Shown here: positions 28,001-38,596 of the stretch, in pieces
How positions within the stretch are numbered: position 1 is the stretch's first letter
Layout of the letters: the number at the start of each line of letters is the position of its first letter
NCBI GenBank assembly: GCA_965248265.1
Contig: CBDFJF010000001.1
Location: 1,248,001-1,312,000, forward strand
Direction of reading: 5' to 3'
Length of the DNA stretch: 64,000 nt
Source of the DNA: Candidatus Latescibacterota bacterium
GTDB lineage: Bacteria > Latescibacterota > UBA2968 > UBA8231
Position numbers and translations under genes: made by a program
The notes under the pieces: model-generated
The model's database searches: none
Told to the model about the DNA's origin: nothing
Seen by the model: only the letters and a program-made list of their open reading frames with translations

Positions 28001-30421
28001 ATGAAACGGATACTGCTCGTCCTACTGGGATTCGGACCTGCTTCGATCGTGCCGGTTTGGGCACAGGCCGGGAGTCCTATCGCTGTGTCGCTGAGCGCGC
28101 TGAAAGCTGGCCTCGAGTTGAAGGACCCGTGGAAGTACCGCGCGGGCGATGGTCTGGAGTGGGCAGCCCTCACCTGGAATGACGCCTCCTGGGAAACCGC
28201 GACCACACTGCTCGAGCCCGACACCCTTCCCGCCGGGGGGTGGCCGCACATAGGTTGGTTCCGGTTACACGTCCGGACCGATTCGACCGTCGATGAAACG
28301 CCGTTGGCCCTCACCCTCAATCCACAATTCGGTGCGTCAGAAGTCTATCTCGATGGCCACTTGATCTATCGCGCTGGCAGCGTCGGCAGTTCCGCATCTG
28401 ACGAGGAAACGAGTCGAGTCCCCGAGCCCCACCTCATCCATCTGAATCCCGCCAGTGATCACGTGATCGCGGTCAGGCATTCGAATTTCTCAGCCGTCGC
28501 GTTGTCTCGCACCGACACGGATGCCGGCTTCACAGTGACATTGAGTACGTTGAGTAGTGCCATCGACCGTCACGTCGAAGCGGTGGAAACCTACCGCAGC
28601 TACCAGAGGTTTTTCACTGGCCTGCTGATCGCCTTCGCCCTGCTGCATCTGATCCTGTTCCTGTTCGATCGTAAACAGCGGACACATCTCGATTTCGCCC
28701 TCCTGTGTGGAGCACTGACCACCCTGGTTTTCATCAATTTCCAGATCCATTTCACTGCTGATCTGGTAGAGAGCACGCTCTATGAGAGGCTCTGGCGGGT
28801 GCTCGTGCTCGTGGTCGCCCTCCTGGGCCTGCGCGTCGTGTACTCCGTGTTCTCGGCTCGAAAGCCATCGCCGGCTCGAATGCCGCGCCAATTCTGGGTT
28901 TTCGCCGTGGTCGCCCTGATTCTGGGATTGACGGCTTGTGTTCGACTGTCGTTGCAGACCGTCATCTACCTGTTCGTTCTGGGCATCTGCGTGGAGATCC
29001 TTCGAGTAGTGATTGCGAAACTGATGCGACAACGGGCAACTGAAATGCGATCCACCGAGATCGACCTTCGCCTCAGCATCCAGCCCCTGTGGATCATCCC
29101 GCCTGGAGTGATCGGCTTCGCCTTGCTGAGCGGATATCAGATTCTCCTCAACTTGAAGATCCTCGAGGCTCCAACCGGACTCGAGTACCCCTATTTGTAC
29201 GGTGTGGTTCTGTTCCTTGTCTCATTGTCCGCGTACCTGTCCTTCGACTTCGCGCACACACACCGGGCACTGGAGTCCCAGCTGGCACGGACGAAATCAC
29301 TCTCGGACAGTTTGCTGGAGATCAACGAGAACCTGGAGCAGCGAGTCCGCGATCGGACCCGGGAGCTGGAGACGAGCAACACCGAGCTGGCGCAGAAGAA
29401 CAGGGAATTCGAGGAAGAAGCCGCGTTGCGAAAAGCACTGAAGGGGCAGTTATCGATGCTGTCGGAACGCGAGGCCGAGCATTGGGGTCTGGAAGGGTTT
29501 GTCGGCAGGAGCGCGACGATTCAGCGCATTTTCGAAGAGATTCGTCTGTTGCAGGAGAATCCGGCCACCTCTGTTCTGATAACCGGTGAGAACGGCACGG
29601 GAAAGGAACTGATCGCCCGCGCCATCCACTATGGCTCGGAGCGCCGGGAAGGTCCGTTCATCCCGGTCAACTGCGCGTCGATCCCTCACGAGCTCGCCGA
29701 CTCCCTGCTCTTCGGCCACCTCAAGGGCACCTTCACCGGGGCAGATGCTGATCGAGTCGGGTATTTCGAGATGGCCCACGAGGGCACGCTCTTCCTCGAT
29801 GAGTTGGGCGAAATGCCGGTGGAGCTGCAACCCAAGCTGTTGCGTGTACTCGAGGACGGTCTGGTTTGGCGCGTCGGCGCCCGCGAAGGCAGAAAAGTGG
29901 ACGTGCGCGCCGTGGCGGCGACGAATGTCGACTTACAGCGGCGCATCCAGGAGGAGCGCTTCCGTTCCGATCTCTATTTCCGCATCGCCCGCTTCACGGT
30001 GACGGCACCTCCGCTCCGGGACCGTCGCGAGGATATCCCCCCGCTGGCTCAGCACTTCCTGCAACTGGCGGCTGAAGAGATGGGGCATGACACGCCGGAG
30101 CTCAGTCCACAAGCTGTCGCCGAACTGATGAGCTACACGTTCCCGGGCAATGTTCGTGAGTTGATGAACATCATCCGGCGAGCCCTCATCGAGAGCCGCG
30201 GCACCGATGTGGAGCCGCGGCACCTTCATTTCGAGCAAGGTGGCGCAACACCGGGCAAGCCACTGCACACCCTGGAGGAACACGAAAGGCAGTACATCCA
30301 GTTGGTGCTGGAGCAGACGAACTGGGTCATCCGCGGCGACAGGGGAGCTGCCGCGCTACTCGGCATGAAGCCATCTACCCTTTACAGCCGCATGAAGAAA
30401 CTCGGAATCGAGCGCGGCTGA
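28001..30421 (+). CDS. Membrane-anchored one-component sigma54 activator (periplasmic jelly-roll-like sensor + ~7 TM + coiled coil + AAA+ + HTH)
   Basis: Signal peptide; WKYRAGD..W...W..GWFR (sugar-binding/7TM-DISM-like); ~7 hydrophobic helices; GENGTGKE, LFGHLKGTFTGA, LFLDELGE, FRSDLYFR, FPGNVREL, GAAALLG...STLYSRM. Confidence 0.9.
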   Translation: MKRILLVLLGFGPASIVPVWAQAGSPIAVSLSALKAGLELKDPWKYRAGDGLEWAALTWNDASWETATTLLEPDTLPAGGWPHIGWFRLHVRTDSTVDETPLALTLNPQFGASEVYLDGHLIYRAGSVGSSASDEETSRVPEPHLIHLNPASDHVIAVRHSNFSAVALSRTDTDAGFTVTLSTLSSAIDRHVEAVETYRSYQRFFTGLLIAFALLHLILFLFDRKQRTHLDFALLCGALTTLVFINFQIHFTADLVESTLYERLWRVLVLVVALLGLRVVYSVFSARKPSPARMPRQFWVFAVVALILGLTACVRLSLQTVIYLFVLGICVEILRVVIAKLMRQRATEMRSTEIDLRLSIQPLWIIPPGVIGFALLSGYQILLNLKILEAPTGLEYPYLYGVVLFLVSLSAYLSFDFAHTHRALESQLARTKSLSDSLLEINENLEQRVRDRTRELETSNTELAQKNREFEEEAALRKALKGQLSMLSEREAEHWGLEGFVGRSATIQRIFEEIRLLQENPATSVLITGENGTGKELIARAIHYGSERREGPFIPVNCASIPHELADSLLFGHLKGTFTGADADRVGYFEMAHEGTLFLDELGEMPVELQPKLLRVLEDGLVWRVGAREGRKVDVRAVAATNVDLQRRIQEERFRSDLYFRIARFTVTAPPLRDRREDIPPLAQHFLQLAAEEMGHDTPELSPQAVAELMSYTFPGNVRELMNIIRRALIESRGTDVEPRHLHFEQGGATPGKPLHTLEEHERQYIQLVLEQTNWVIRGDRGAAALLGMKPSTLYSRMKKLGIERG

Positions 30422-30444
30422 ATGACCATGTTGAGAGACTGCGC

Positions 30445-30528
30445 CGATATATCGACTGATTGATATAAAGCTCGTATAATCAATATGTTACTTGTCATAT
30501 AAGCAGACGTTGGCATCGATATATCGAC
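30445..30528. promoter_or_regulatory. Paired palindromic putative enhancer sites
   Basis: CGATATATCGAC at 30445-30456 and 30517-30528 (palindromic core CGATATATCG), 72 bp apart, AT-rich spacer. Confidence 0.65.
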
Positions 30529-30642
30529 GAACTGCTGATCGCGCCTGGTACTGTCCGCGCCTTGGATTGGGCCTCAAAATTCTCGTAACGCCGCTACTTA
30601 CAGCCACTTGGACTGCACAAATCCGGGTGGCTTTTTCTTTGT

Positions 30643-30658
30643 TGGCACCGAGGTTGCA
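30643..30658 (+). promoter_or_regulatory. sigma54 -24/-12 promoter
   Basis: TGGCACCGAGGTTGCA consensus match, 54 bp before an ATG with GGAGGA RBS. Confidence 0.85.
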
Positions 30659-30711
30659 ATACCACCACTGGAAACTGATATCGAACGCTATCACAAACAG
30701 TGGAGGACTCG

Positions 30712-31065
30712 ATGGATGGCCAGACGCTTTCGCAATTGAGATGGGTCGTGCTCGGCGGTGGAATCACGCTTTTTCTTTGCATGGCCTGTTTCGCCGTCCC
30801 ATTCCATCACCCGGGACCGCTGGCAGTGCTGATTGGCACCGCAATCCTCGCTGCACGGGGTTTTCGCACACACCGTGAGTTGGGGACCTCGGGGCAGGCG
30901 ACGGGGATTGGCGTTAGCGAATGGGTGCGCTCGCGCGATTGGAGCGCACTCGTCTACTGCGCGGCCGTTGGAGGGATCACCGCCGTTACACTCTACTGCT
31001 TGAGCAGAATCCTCGCTCGAGTCACAGCCCCCATCATGTCAGGACTCGGACACCACCCCCTATAA
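30712..31065 (+). CDS. Small 3-TM membrane protein
   Basis: Strong RBS, three hydrophobic segments, first gene after the sigma54 promoter. Confidence 0.65.
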   Translation: MDGQTLSQLRWVVLGGGITLFLCMACFAVPFHHPGPLAVLIGTAILAARGFRTHRELGTSGQATGIGVSEWVRSRDWSALVYCAAVGGITAVTLYCLSRILARVTAPIMSGLGHHPL

Positions 31066-31074
31066 GGTGCAATC

Positions 31075-32813
31075 ATGCCTGGACAACAAAACGGATCATT
31101 GCAGCAGCGTGTTGAGCGGTTGGAGAGTGCGGTGGAGGCCATCCAGCGCAGCCTGCACCGACCGCCTGAAACATCGGCGCAACCACAGATCTCGAAGGCC
31201 CCAGCGCGACCGCCGAATGCAAGACTCGCACCGGCCGCCAAACGGCGACTCAAGAATTCGGAGATCATGGGGAAGAGCGAGTCGTGGCTCAAAGTAGTCG
31301 GTATTGGGCTTCTTCTGCTTGGAGTCGGGTTCCTGTTCAAGTTTTCGATCGATCAAGGATGGATCACCGAGACAGTGCGCGTCGGGTTTGCCCTGGTTGT
31401 CGGGATTGCACTTTTCATTACGGGCCTCCGCATCGATGAAAGCCGACGAGCTTTCAGCCAGGTATTGTTGGGAGGCAGCGTCGCCACGTTCTATATCGCC
31501 GGGTTCGCGGCGTTCCAGCTCTATGCCCTTGTTTCTCACTCGACCGCACTCGGCTACATGGTATCCGTGACCGCACTCGCGTTTTTTCTGTCCCTTCGAC
31601 AGCATGAGCCGATTCTGTCCATCATTGGAGCGGTTGGGGGTCTCGGTACCCCGTTCCTCCTCCATACTGGTGCCGGAAATTTGGCCGGGCTCGTCGGATA
31701 TACCTGTCTCGTGCTGTGCGGTACCAGCACCATTTACATGTACCGAGGATGGCGTTCACTGCTGTGGACATCGATCGTTGGTGGCTGGGCCGTTCTCCTG
31801 ATCGGTCAAATCCAGGGTGATATCCATCTGATTATCACCGTTGGGCTCTCCAGGCGGGAATCGTATTCGCCTGGATCGCATTCTGGGCACTGCCGGTGGT
31901 GCGTGAAGTACTCTGGGAAAGAGATCCCAAGAGATGGCCACGCCCTTCGCTCGATGGCCTCGATCGAAGTCTCGGGAATCTCGCAACCAGTCACGTGCAC
32001 ACGTTGTCGGTTTCGACCCCGTTGATTGCTCTGGTGATGTCGAGGCTGCTCTGGTCGCTGCCTCCCGAAACCTGGGGGTGGATCTCGATGGGAGGCGCCT
32101 TAGTCTACGGGGTCGCGGCGGAAAGCTTGAGGCGTATCGGTATCAGCAAGGCCCTGCCATACACCCAGGCCCTGGTGTCACTGCTCCTCCTGACGATTGC
32201 GCTGTGTCACCTTCTGCATGGCGACACCCTCTTCCTGGCCCTGGCAGCCGAAGCCGTCGTCCTCCACCTCATATGCCGTCGGTTGTCCGATCGTGGCACG
32301 GCCATAAGTGCGCATCTGTTGTTCGCAGCCATCGGAGTATGGCTTGCTGAACGCCTGTTGGTCACGCCGGTGGCAGGCATGGCAATACTCAATGTGAAGG
32401 CGCTGACGTACCTGGCCGTGATTGCAGCAGCGTCGGGGATTTCTGTAATACTTCGATCGCATACAGAGCAACTGGCGTATCGTCTTACGGCCCATGTTGC
32501 CCTCTTGGGATGGATTTTCAAGGAACTCTATTCGGTGGATGGCGGACAGGGGTACGTCACGGTTGTATGGGGCCTCTATGCGATCATACTTCTCCTTGCC
32601 GGACTCCGTCAGAATCTCAACCAACTCGTCGTCGTCGCCATGGGAACCCTGCTTCTGGTGGTGGGAAAGCTCTTCGTGGTTGATCTAGCCGAGGTAGAAA
32701 CGATCTGGCGTATCCTTCTGTTCCTGGGATTTGGTGGCATCTTTCTGGTGCTCAGCTACTATTTCCAGCACCTGTGGAAACGCCCATCGGAGTCCGCAGA
32801 GGAACCAACGTGA
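31075..32813 (+). pseudogene. DUF2339-like polytopic membrane protein split by a frameshift near 31820
   Basis: WL..VGIGLLLLGVGFLFKFSIDQGWITETVR in the first half and KLFVVDL...WRILLFLGFG at the C-terminus lie in different frames; the second frame reads SDYHRWALQAGIVFAW right after the junction. Confidence 0.8.
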
Positions 32814-32998
32814 ATTCAAGATTTGCAGATTTTGCTGATAAAACAGAATATGCTGCAGGGAGCACAGACCCGATGACCCGTGGAGGAGGCTGGAGTTCCA
32901 TCCATCCGGCCTACGTGCGCCTCACCAGCCACCACGCAACAAATGCCGAGTTCTCCTACACCACCGGATTCCGCTGTGCATGGGCTGCAGGTAAATAA
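32810..32998 (+). pseudogene. C-terminal remnant of an FGE-sulfatase (SUMF1) domain
   Basis: RGGGWSS...VR......GFRCA is the hallmark C-terminus of the domain; the rest is absent. Confidence 0.6.
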
Positions 32999-34336
32999 GT
33001 GAACGACGATGTGAGAAACGATCGGCGAACCATCTTCGGTTGGGCCATGTACGACTGGGCAAACTCGGCCTACGCCACAACCACGATGGCCGCAGTCCTG
33101 CCCGCCGTGTTCTCGGGATCGATCGTTCCCGAGGGCGGCTACGCGCTCTTCGGTCACCTCTGGGACGGCCAGACACTGTGGGCCTTTCTGGTGAGCTTCG
33201 CTGCATTCCTCGTGTTCCTGCTGGCGCCGGTTCTGGGTGCCATCGCGGATTTCACTGCTGCCAAGAAACGTTTCCTGCGCGTTTTCGCATACGGTGGAGC
33301 ACTGTTTGCGACCCTGCTGTGCTTTGTCGGAACCGGGGACGTGATGCTTACCATGGCGCTGTTTCTGATCTCGCAGATGGGTTTTGTCAGTGCCAATGTC
33401 TTTTACGACGGTTTCCTTCCGGACATATCCACTCCCGACACCATCGACCAGGTCTCAGCCAAAGGCTACGCGTTTGGCTATCTGGGTGGTGGCTTGCAGT
33501 TCGCTATGTCATTGATCTTGATCAAATTGCACGCTCATTTTGGGATCTCCGAAACAACCGCTGTGCAGCTGGCCTTGGCCATGGTCGGCGTGTGGTGGTT
33601 CGCGTTCTCTACCATCGCGTTCTCACGCTTGCGGGAAACGGGTGAGAGCCGCGAGTTGCCAGCGACCTACAGCAGCCGGCCGAAGTTGATCTCCTTCGTC
33701 AACGTTGGCTTTGACCGCACCTGGGACACGGCGCGCAAACTCCTCGGTTTTCGGCAACTGAGTCTGTTCCTGCTCGCCTACATGATCTACAACGACGGCG
33801 TGCAAACGGTGATCGCGATGGCCTCTTCCTACGCTACCGACACTTTGAAGCTCGAGATGTGGGTGATCATGGCGGCCATGCTGGTAATTCAGGTCGTCGC
33901 GTTCGTTGGGGCACTCGTCTTCGGTGTGCTCGCCGACCGGATGGGAGCGCAACGAGCGGTACTGGTGTCGCTGGCGTTGTGGAGCCTGGCGGTCGTCAAC
34001 GCTTTCTTCCTGCCGGAAGGAGCCGCCGTGAGGTTTCTGGTACTTGGGGCCTTCGTCGGTCTGGTGCTGGGAGGGACTCAGTCGCTGAGTCGCAGCTTGT
34101 ACGGCTCGATGATTCCGGAGCAGGCCTCGGCTGAGTTCTACGGTTTCTATTCCGTGTTCTCGAAATTCTCCGCTATCTGGGGGCCTTTCATTTTCGGGTT
34201 GGTCAGTTACTCGACGGGCTCGGGACGCTACGCCATCCTGTCTATCGTCATCCTCCTGGTCGCGGGCGCCGTACTATTGGCCAAAGTGAATATCGAAGAG
34301 GCTCGGGCATCGCGGCTGCAGTGGAAGTTCGATTGA
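32999..34336 (+). CDS. MFS transporter (UMF1/ATG22 family)
   Basis: WAMYDWANSAY, FYDGFL, GYAFGYLGG, YNDGVQT, QSLSRSLY, EFYGFY. Confidence 0.92.
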   Translation: MNDDVRNDRRTIFGWAMYDWANSAYATTTMAAVLPAVFSGSIVPEGGYALFGHLWDGQTLWAFLVSFAAFLVFLLAPVLGAIADFTAAKKRFLRVFAYGGALFATLLCFVGTGDVMLTMALFLISQMGFVSANVFYDGFLPDISTPDTIDQVSAKGYAFGYLGGGLQFAMSLILIKLHAHFGISETTAVQLALAMVGVWWFAFSTIAFSRLRETGESRELPATYSSRPKLISFVNVGFDRTWDTARKLLGFRQLSLFLLAYMIYNDGVQTVIAMASSYATDTLKLEMWVIMAAMLVIQVVAFVGALVFGVLADRMGAQRAVLVSLALWSLAVVNAFFLPEGAAVRFLVLGAFVGLVLGGTQSLSRSLYGSMIPEQASAEFYGFYSVFSKFSAIWGPFIFGLVSYSTGSGRYAILSIVILLVAGAVLLAKVNIEEARASRLQWKFD

Positions 34337-34338
34337 GC

Positions 34339-35676
34339 ATGCTGACGCACATCGTGCATCCCGTCTTGCGCCTGGCCTTGTGGGTGTTCTTTCGCAACAT
34401 CGACGTCAGAGGTCGCGACACGGTCCCCTCGGATAGACCGCTCATCTACGTGGCCAATCATCCCAACGTGATGATGGACCCCCTCATCATCGGTCTCAAC
34501 ACTCCTGGCAAGATCCCCCACTTTCTCGGCAAGGGCACGCTCTTCAACTATCGCCTGTTGGCCTGGTTCTTGCGCAAACTGGGTGTGATCGCCGTGGCCC
34601 GCGCCCGGGATAAGGACTCCCGCATGTCCTCCAACCGGGACATGCTGCGCGCTTCCTACCAGGTCCTGGGGCGTGGTGAAGCGCTGGCGATCTTCCCCGA
34701 AGGCATCAGCCATGCGCTCATGCGCGTCCACGAGCTGGAACCGGGCGTTGCCCGTATCGCGCTGAAGGCAGAAACGGACCACGCAAATGGGGCTGGAGTA
34801 CACATCGTCCCGATCGGACTGTCCTACGCCGATCCCGGTGTTTTTCGCAGTGACGTCGATGTCCATTTTGGCGAGGCCATCGTGGTGCGTCCGTTCGTGA
34901 AAACGACCCAGGAGAGTCGTCGTGCCGCGGAGAAGGAGTTGACCGCGCTGATTCACGAACGTCTGGCAGCACTGACGCCGCACGTCGAGGGCACCGATCT
35001 CGAAGCCATCATCAGAGACTTGTCTGCTATCTATGCCGACGAGGTAATGGCGCAACTGCCCGAATCGGAGGAGTTGAGCAAGAGATTGCGCGCGGACCAG
35101 GAAATCATCCGCGGTGTACAGTATTTCTCGGAGACCGAACCGGAATTGGTACAGACATTCGCTAGGAGGCTACGCGCACACCGGCGCAAGATCAGCCGCC
35201 TGGGGTTGGGTCTTGATTCGTTGTCAGTGCGAGACACTCCGTGGCAACCGTTGCGCCTCCTGCTCGCCATGATACTGTCGCCGCTAGCTGTTTACGGGTT
35301 CGTCCACAACGCCCTGCCGTACTACGTCCCTCGCCTTCTCGCGCGCCGCTATCGACAGGAGCCGGAAATGATCGCGACCGTCAAGATGACTACTGGCGCC
35401 GGTTTGTTCATTCTATGGTACCTCATTCTCGCGGTAGCCGCGGTAGTCATTCTAGGAACTGTGGGTGCTTTGTTTTACGCTCTCTCACTGCCTTTGAGTG
35501 GTCTCCTGACTCTTGCTTATGATGAACAGATCCTGCAGAAATTGTCGCTTTGGAAAGGGGCCGGATGGGGTGGCAGTAGGCGGCGGCGCCATCTTCGGAG
35601 ACTGGCAGACGAGCGGACCGCAATCATCGCCGACCTCGACGCGCTTAAGGATCGCTATGTGGCGGCGGAAGCCTGA
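34339..35676 (+). CDS. Lysophospholipid/glycerol-3-phosphate acyltransferase family protein
   Basis: ANHPNVMMDP (HX4D-type), IFPEGISH, IVPIGL; C-terminal TM helices. Confidence 0.88.
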   Translation: MLTHIVHPVLRLALWVFFRNIDVRGRDTVPSDRPLIYVANHPNVMMDPLIIGLNTPGKIPHFLGKGTLFNYRLLAWFLRKLGVIAVARARDKDSRMSSNRDMLRASYQVLGRGEALAIFPEGISHALMRVHELEPGVARIALKAETDHANGAGVHIVPIGLSYADPGVFRSDVDVHFGEAIVVRPFVKTTQESRRAAEKELTALIHERLAALTPHVEGTDLEAIIRDLSAIYADEVMAQLPESEELSKRLRADQEIIRGVQYFSETEPELVQTFARRLRAHRRKISRLGLGLDSLSVRDTPWQPLRLLLAMILSPLAVYGFVHNALPYYVPRLLARRYRQEPEMIATVKMTTGAGLFILWYLILAVAAVVILGTVGALFYALSLPLSGLLTLAYDEQILQKLSLWKGAGWGGSRRRRHLRRLADERTAIIADLDALKDRYVAAEA

Positions 35677-35737
35677 ATCTTCATTATTGTAGGTTGCGTT
35701 CTGTCAATGCTTGCCGATTCGCTAAAGGAGACCCGCC

Positions 35738-37174
35738 ATGCCTGACTCTCCGAATGTCCTGCTGATCAGCACCGACCACTGGCCGGGCCTGCTGATGGGT
35801 GCGGCCGGACATGACCGTATTCTGACGCCGACGCTGGATCAGCTGGCCGCCAACGGGGTGCGCTTTTCTCAGGCCTATACCGCCACGCCTACTTGTATAC
35901 CCGCCCGGCGCGCTCTGATGACGGGGACGTCCGCGAAAACGCACGGCGACCGGACTTTCGATGAGCACCTGCCCATGGACCCGAACCTGCCGACGATGCC
36001 GCAGGTGTTCCGCGATGCCGGTTATCAGGCCAAGGCTGTCGGCAAGCTCCACGTCTATCCCCAACGCGACCGCATAGGTTTTGATGAAGTGATTCTGTGC
36101 GAAGAAGGCCGTCATCACCTGGGTGGGGACGACGATGACTTCGAACGCTTTCTCAAGCGCGAGGGCTATCCGGGCCAGGAACTCACCCACGCCATGGGCA
36201 ACAACACCTACGACGTGCGGCCGTGGCATTTACCCGAACACTGTCATCCCACCAACTGGACCGTGCGGGAAATGTGCCAGCAGATCCAGCGCCGTGATCC
36301 AACCCGGCCGGCCTTCTGGTATTGCTCCTTCATCACCCCACATCCACCCGTGACTCCACCGCGTGACTACCTGGATCTCTATCATCGCCTCGGCGTGGAC
36401 GAACCCGTTGTCGCTGACTGGGCCCGCGACCTCGACAACCTGCCCTACCCCCTCCACCGTTACCGAGCACTTACACCGCAGGACCCGACCAGTACGATGC
36501 TGGCGCGCCAGGGCTTCTACGCACAGTGCTCCTACATCGACCACCAGATTCGGCTGCTGATCGGCCAGCTGCGCGAAGATGGGCTCCTCGACGACACCAT
36601 CGTCATGTTCGTATCCGACCACGGCGACATGCTCGGCAACCACGGCCTCTGGGCCAAACCGCCGATGTACGAGTGGTCGGCGAAGATCCCGATGATCCTG
36701 ATGCCCACCGCGGCCTATGATCGCTTCGGCCACCACCAGACGGACGACCGCTTGGTGGAACTGCGCGACGTCATGCCGACCCTCCTCGACCTGTGCGGTG
36801 TCGATATTCCGGATACCGTTGAAGGGATGTCATTGGTAGGCGAACAGCAGCGCGAACATCTCTACTGCGAGCATTTCGAGGTCGCGGAAATGGCCCTGCG
36901 CATGATCAGGGCCGGGAACCATAAACTGATCTGGTACCCTTGTGGCAATCGCCTGCAGCTGTTCGATCTGGAGAGTGACCCACAGGAGATGCGGGACCTC
37001 GCCGCGGACCCCAGCTGCGCCCCTGTGTTGGAACGATTGACGGCGTTACTGGTATCCGAGCTGTATGGAAGCGATCTGGACTGGGTGGAGAACGGCAAGC
37101 TGGTGGGAGCGCCTGCTCCGAACTTTGAGCCCCAGCCCAATCGACGTCTGTCCGGTCAGCGAGGATGGAGATAA
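35738..37174 (+). CDS. Cys-type sulfatase (choline/arylsulfatase-like)
   Basis: PTCIPARRALMTG (CxPxR), GKLH, PHPP, SDHGDMLG.HG.WAK. Confidence 0.92.
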   Translation: MPDSPNVLLISTDHWPGLLMGAAGHDRILTPTLDQLAANGVRFSQAYTATPTCIPARRALMTGTSAKTHGDRTFDEHLPMDPNLPTMPQVFRDAGYQAKAVGKLHVYPQRDRIGFDEVILCEEGRHHLGGDDDDFERFLKREGYPGQELTHAMGNNTYDVRPWHLPEHCHPTNWTVREMCQQIQRRDPTRPAFWYCSFITPHPPVTPPRDYLDLYHRLGVDEPVVADWARDLDNLPYPLHRYRALTPQDPTSTMLARQGFYAQCSYIDHQIRLLIGQLREDGLLDDTIVMFVSDHGDMLGNHGLWAKPPMYEWSAKIPMILMPTAAYDRFGHHQTDDRLVELRDVMPTLLDLCGVDIPDTVEGMSLVGEQQREHLYCEHFEVAEMALRMIRAGNHKLIWYPCGNRLQLFDLESDPQEMRDLAADPSCAPVLERLTALLVSELYGSDLDWVENGKLVGAPAPNFEPQPNRRLSGQRGWR

Positions 37175-37229
37175 CTCCTGCCCCGCCTGAGCTTGCGAGA
37201 AGTTGGAGCCGTGGTACGAAACGTTTCCT

Positions 37230-37505
37230 TCAGGACGCAGGGTCGGCATCGCCGGGCTGCACCGCGATGCCCAAACTCTTGTACAGATCCACCTCCACTG
37301 CATCACTCAGGTAGATCCAGCTGTCCACCGGTTTGACCAGGATCATCTCACCGAAATCGCGGTCGATGACGTGCTTGGGAGTGGACAGCCAGTCGTGGAT
37401 CTCCGCGCTCAACGGTGCGGGACCCTCAACCGTGCAGGTGCAGCTTTTCTCGTCATAGCGGACGAGCCACTGATCGCTGCCTTTCTTTAACCTCAGAAAC
37501 TTCAT
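37230..37505 (-). CDS. Small hypothetical protein
   Basis: Protein-like ORF (MKFLRLKKGSDQWLVRYD...) filling the gap between two genes. Confidence 0.5.
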   Translation of the reverse strand: MKFLRLKKGSDQWLVRYDEKSCTCTVEGPAPLSAEIHDWLSTPKHVIDRDFGEMILVKPVDSWIYLSDAVEVDLYKSLGIAVQPGDADPAS

Positions 37506-37624
37506 CAATCCGGTCGCCTGTGGTGAGCGGTTGCTGCCAGGACGCAGATTTGTGTTCGCTGGATAGGGTACGCAGATTTCCACGCCAGACCAAGTAACTC
37601 AAAACCTAGACAAATACAGGAAAA

Positions 37625-38596
37625 ATGGCTGATTATACCAGCAAGCGAATTTTGTCTACAGCTCCCATAACGGATGAATCTATACAGATCCTCGAGCAGG
37701 TGGCCCCCGTCGTAACCGCGTCCTCCCCCGACGAGGACACCTTGATGGGGTACCTGGAAAACACGGTCGGCATTGTCTGTCGCGGTGAAGGAGTCGTCAC
37801 CGCCCGCATGATCGAGGCGGCGCCAGACCTGAGGGTCATCGGCCGACCGGGAGCCGGGTACGACACCGTCGATCTGGAAGCCGCAGGTGCCAGGAAAATC
37901 CCCCTCGTCTACGCGCCGATTGGCGGCTTCGCCGTCGCCGAGGGCACCGTCGGTCTATTGCTGTCGCTGGTCAAGCGCTTGTCCATCACCGACCGCGCCC
38001 TGCGGGCCGGCGACTGGAACGTGCGCTACGAGGTGCCGACAGGGGATCTCGTTACCCGGACCCTCGGTATCGTCGGCCTGGGCCGCATCGGCTCCCAGGT
38101 GGCGCGCTTGATCAGACCTTTCGACATGCGGGTACTGGGGTGCGATCCGTTAGTCGATCCAAAAACGGTCGCCGAGCTGGGCGTCGAGCTCGTCGATTTT
38201 GACACTCTGCTGGGCGAAAGTGACTACGTCACCCTTCACGTTCCACTGGAAGACGGTACCCGTGGTCTCATCGATCGGGCCGCCATCGCCCGTATGAGAG
38301 AGGGCGCGTTCCTGCTCAACCTCGCGCGTGGGGGCGTCGTCGAAAGTCTGGATGCGCTTTCCGAAGGACTCGAAAGTGGTCAGCTTGGAGGAGTCGCCCT
38401 CGATGTATTCCCCACCGAGCCACCTGATTTCACCCACCGCATCTTTCAGGATGAACACTGCATCTTCACCGCGCACAACATCGGCACCAGCAAGGTCGCC
38501 CTCAAGCGCATCCTGGATTCAATGTCGACGAGTATGGTCAACGTCCTCAACGGCAAGGCACCTGAGTACTGCGTCAATCCGGAAGTATTGGACTAG
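37625..38596 (+). CDS. D-2-hydroxyacid dehydrogenase (phosphoglycerate dehydrogenase-like, no ACT domain)
   Basis: GAGYDTVD, GIVGLGRIG, LHVPL, NLARG, LDVFPTEP, TAHNIG. Confidence 0.9.
   Translation: MADYTSKRILSTAPITDESIQILEQVAPVVTASSPDEDTLMGYLENTVGIVCRGEGVVTARMIEAAPDLRVIGRPGAGYDTVDLEAAGARKIPLVYAPIGGFAVAEGTVGLLLSLVKRLSITDRALRAGDWNVRYEVPTGDLVTRTLGIVGLGRIGSQVARLIRPFDMRVLGCDPLVDPKTVAELGVELVDFDTLLGESDYVTLHVPLEDGTRGLIDRAAIARMREGAFLLNLARGGVVESLDALSEGLESGQLGGVALDVFPTEPPDFTHRIFQDEHCIFTAHNIGTSKVALKRILDSMSTSMVNVLNGKAPEYCVNPEVLD

Noticed and set aside
37625-38596. Calling the gene serA
   Set aside because: No regulatory C-terminal domain, and the substrate cannot be determined from motifs.
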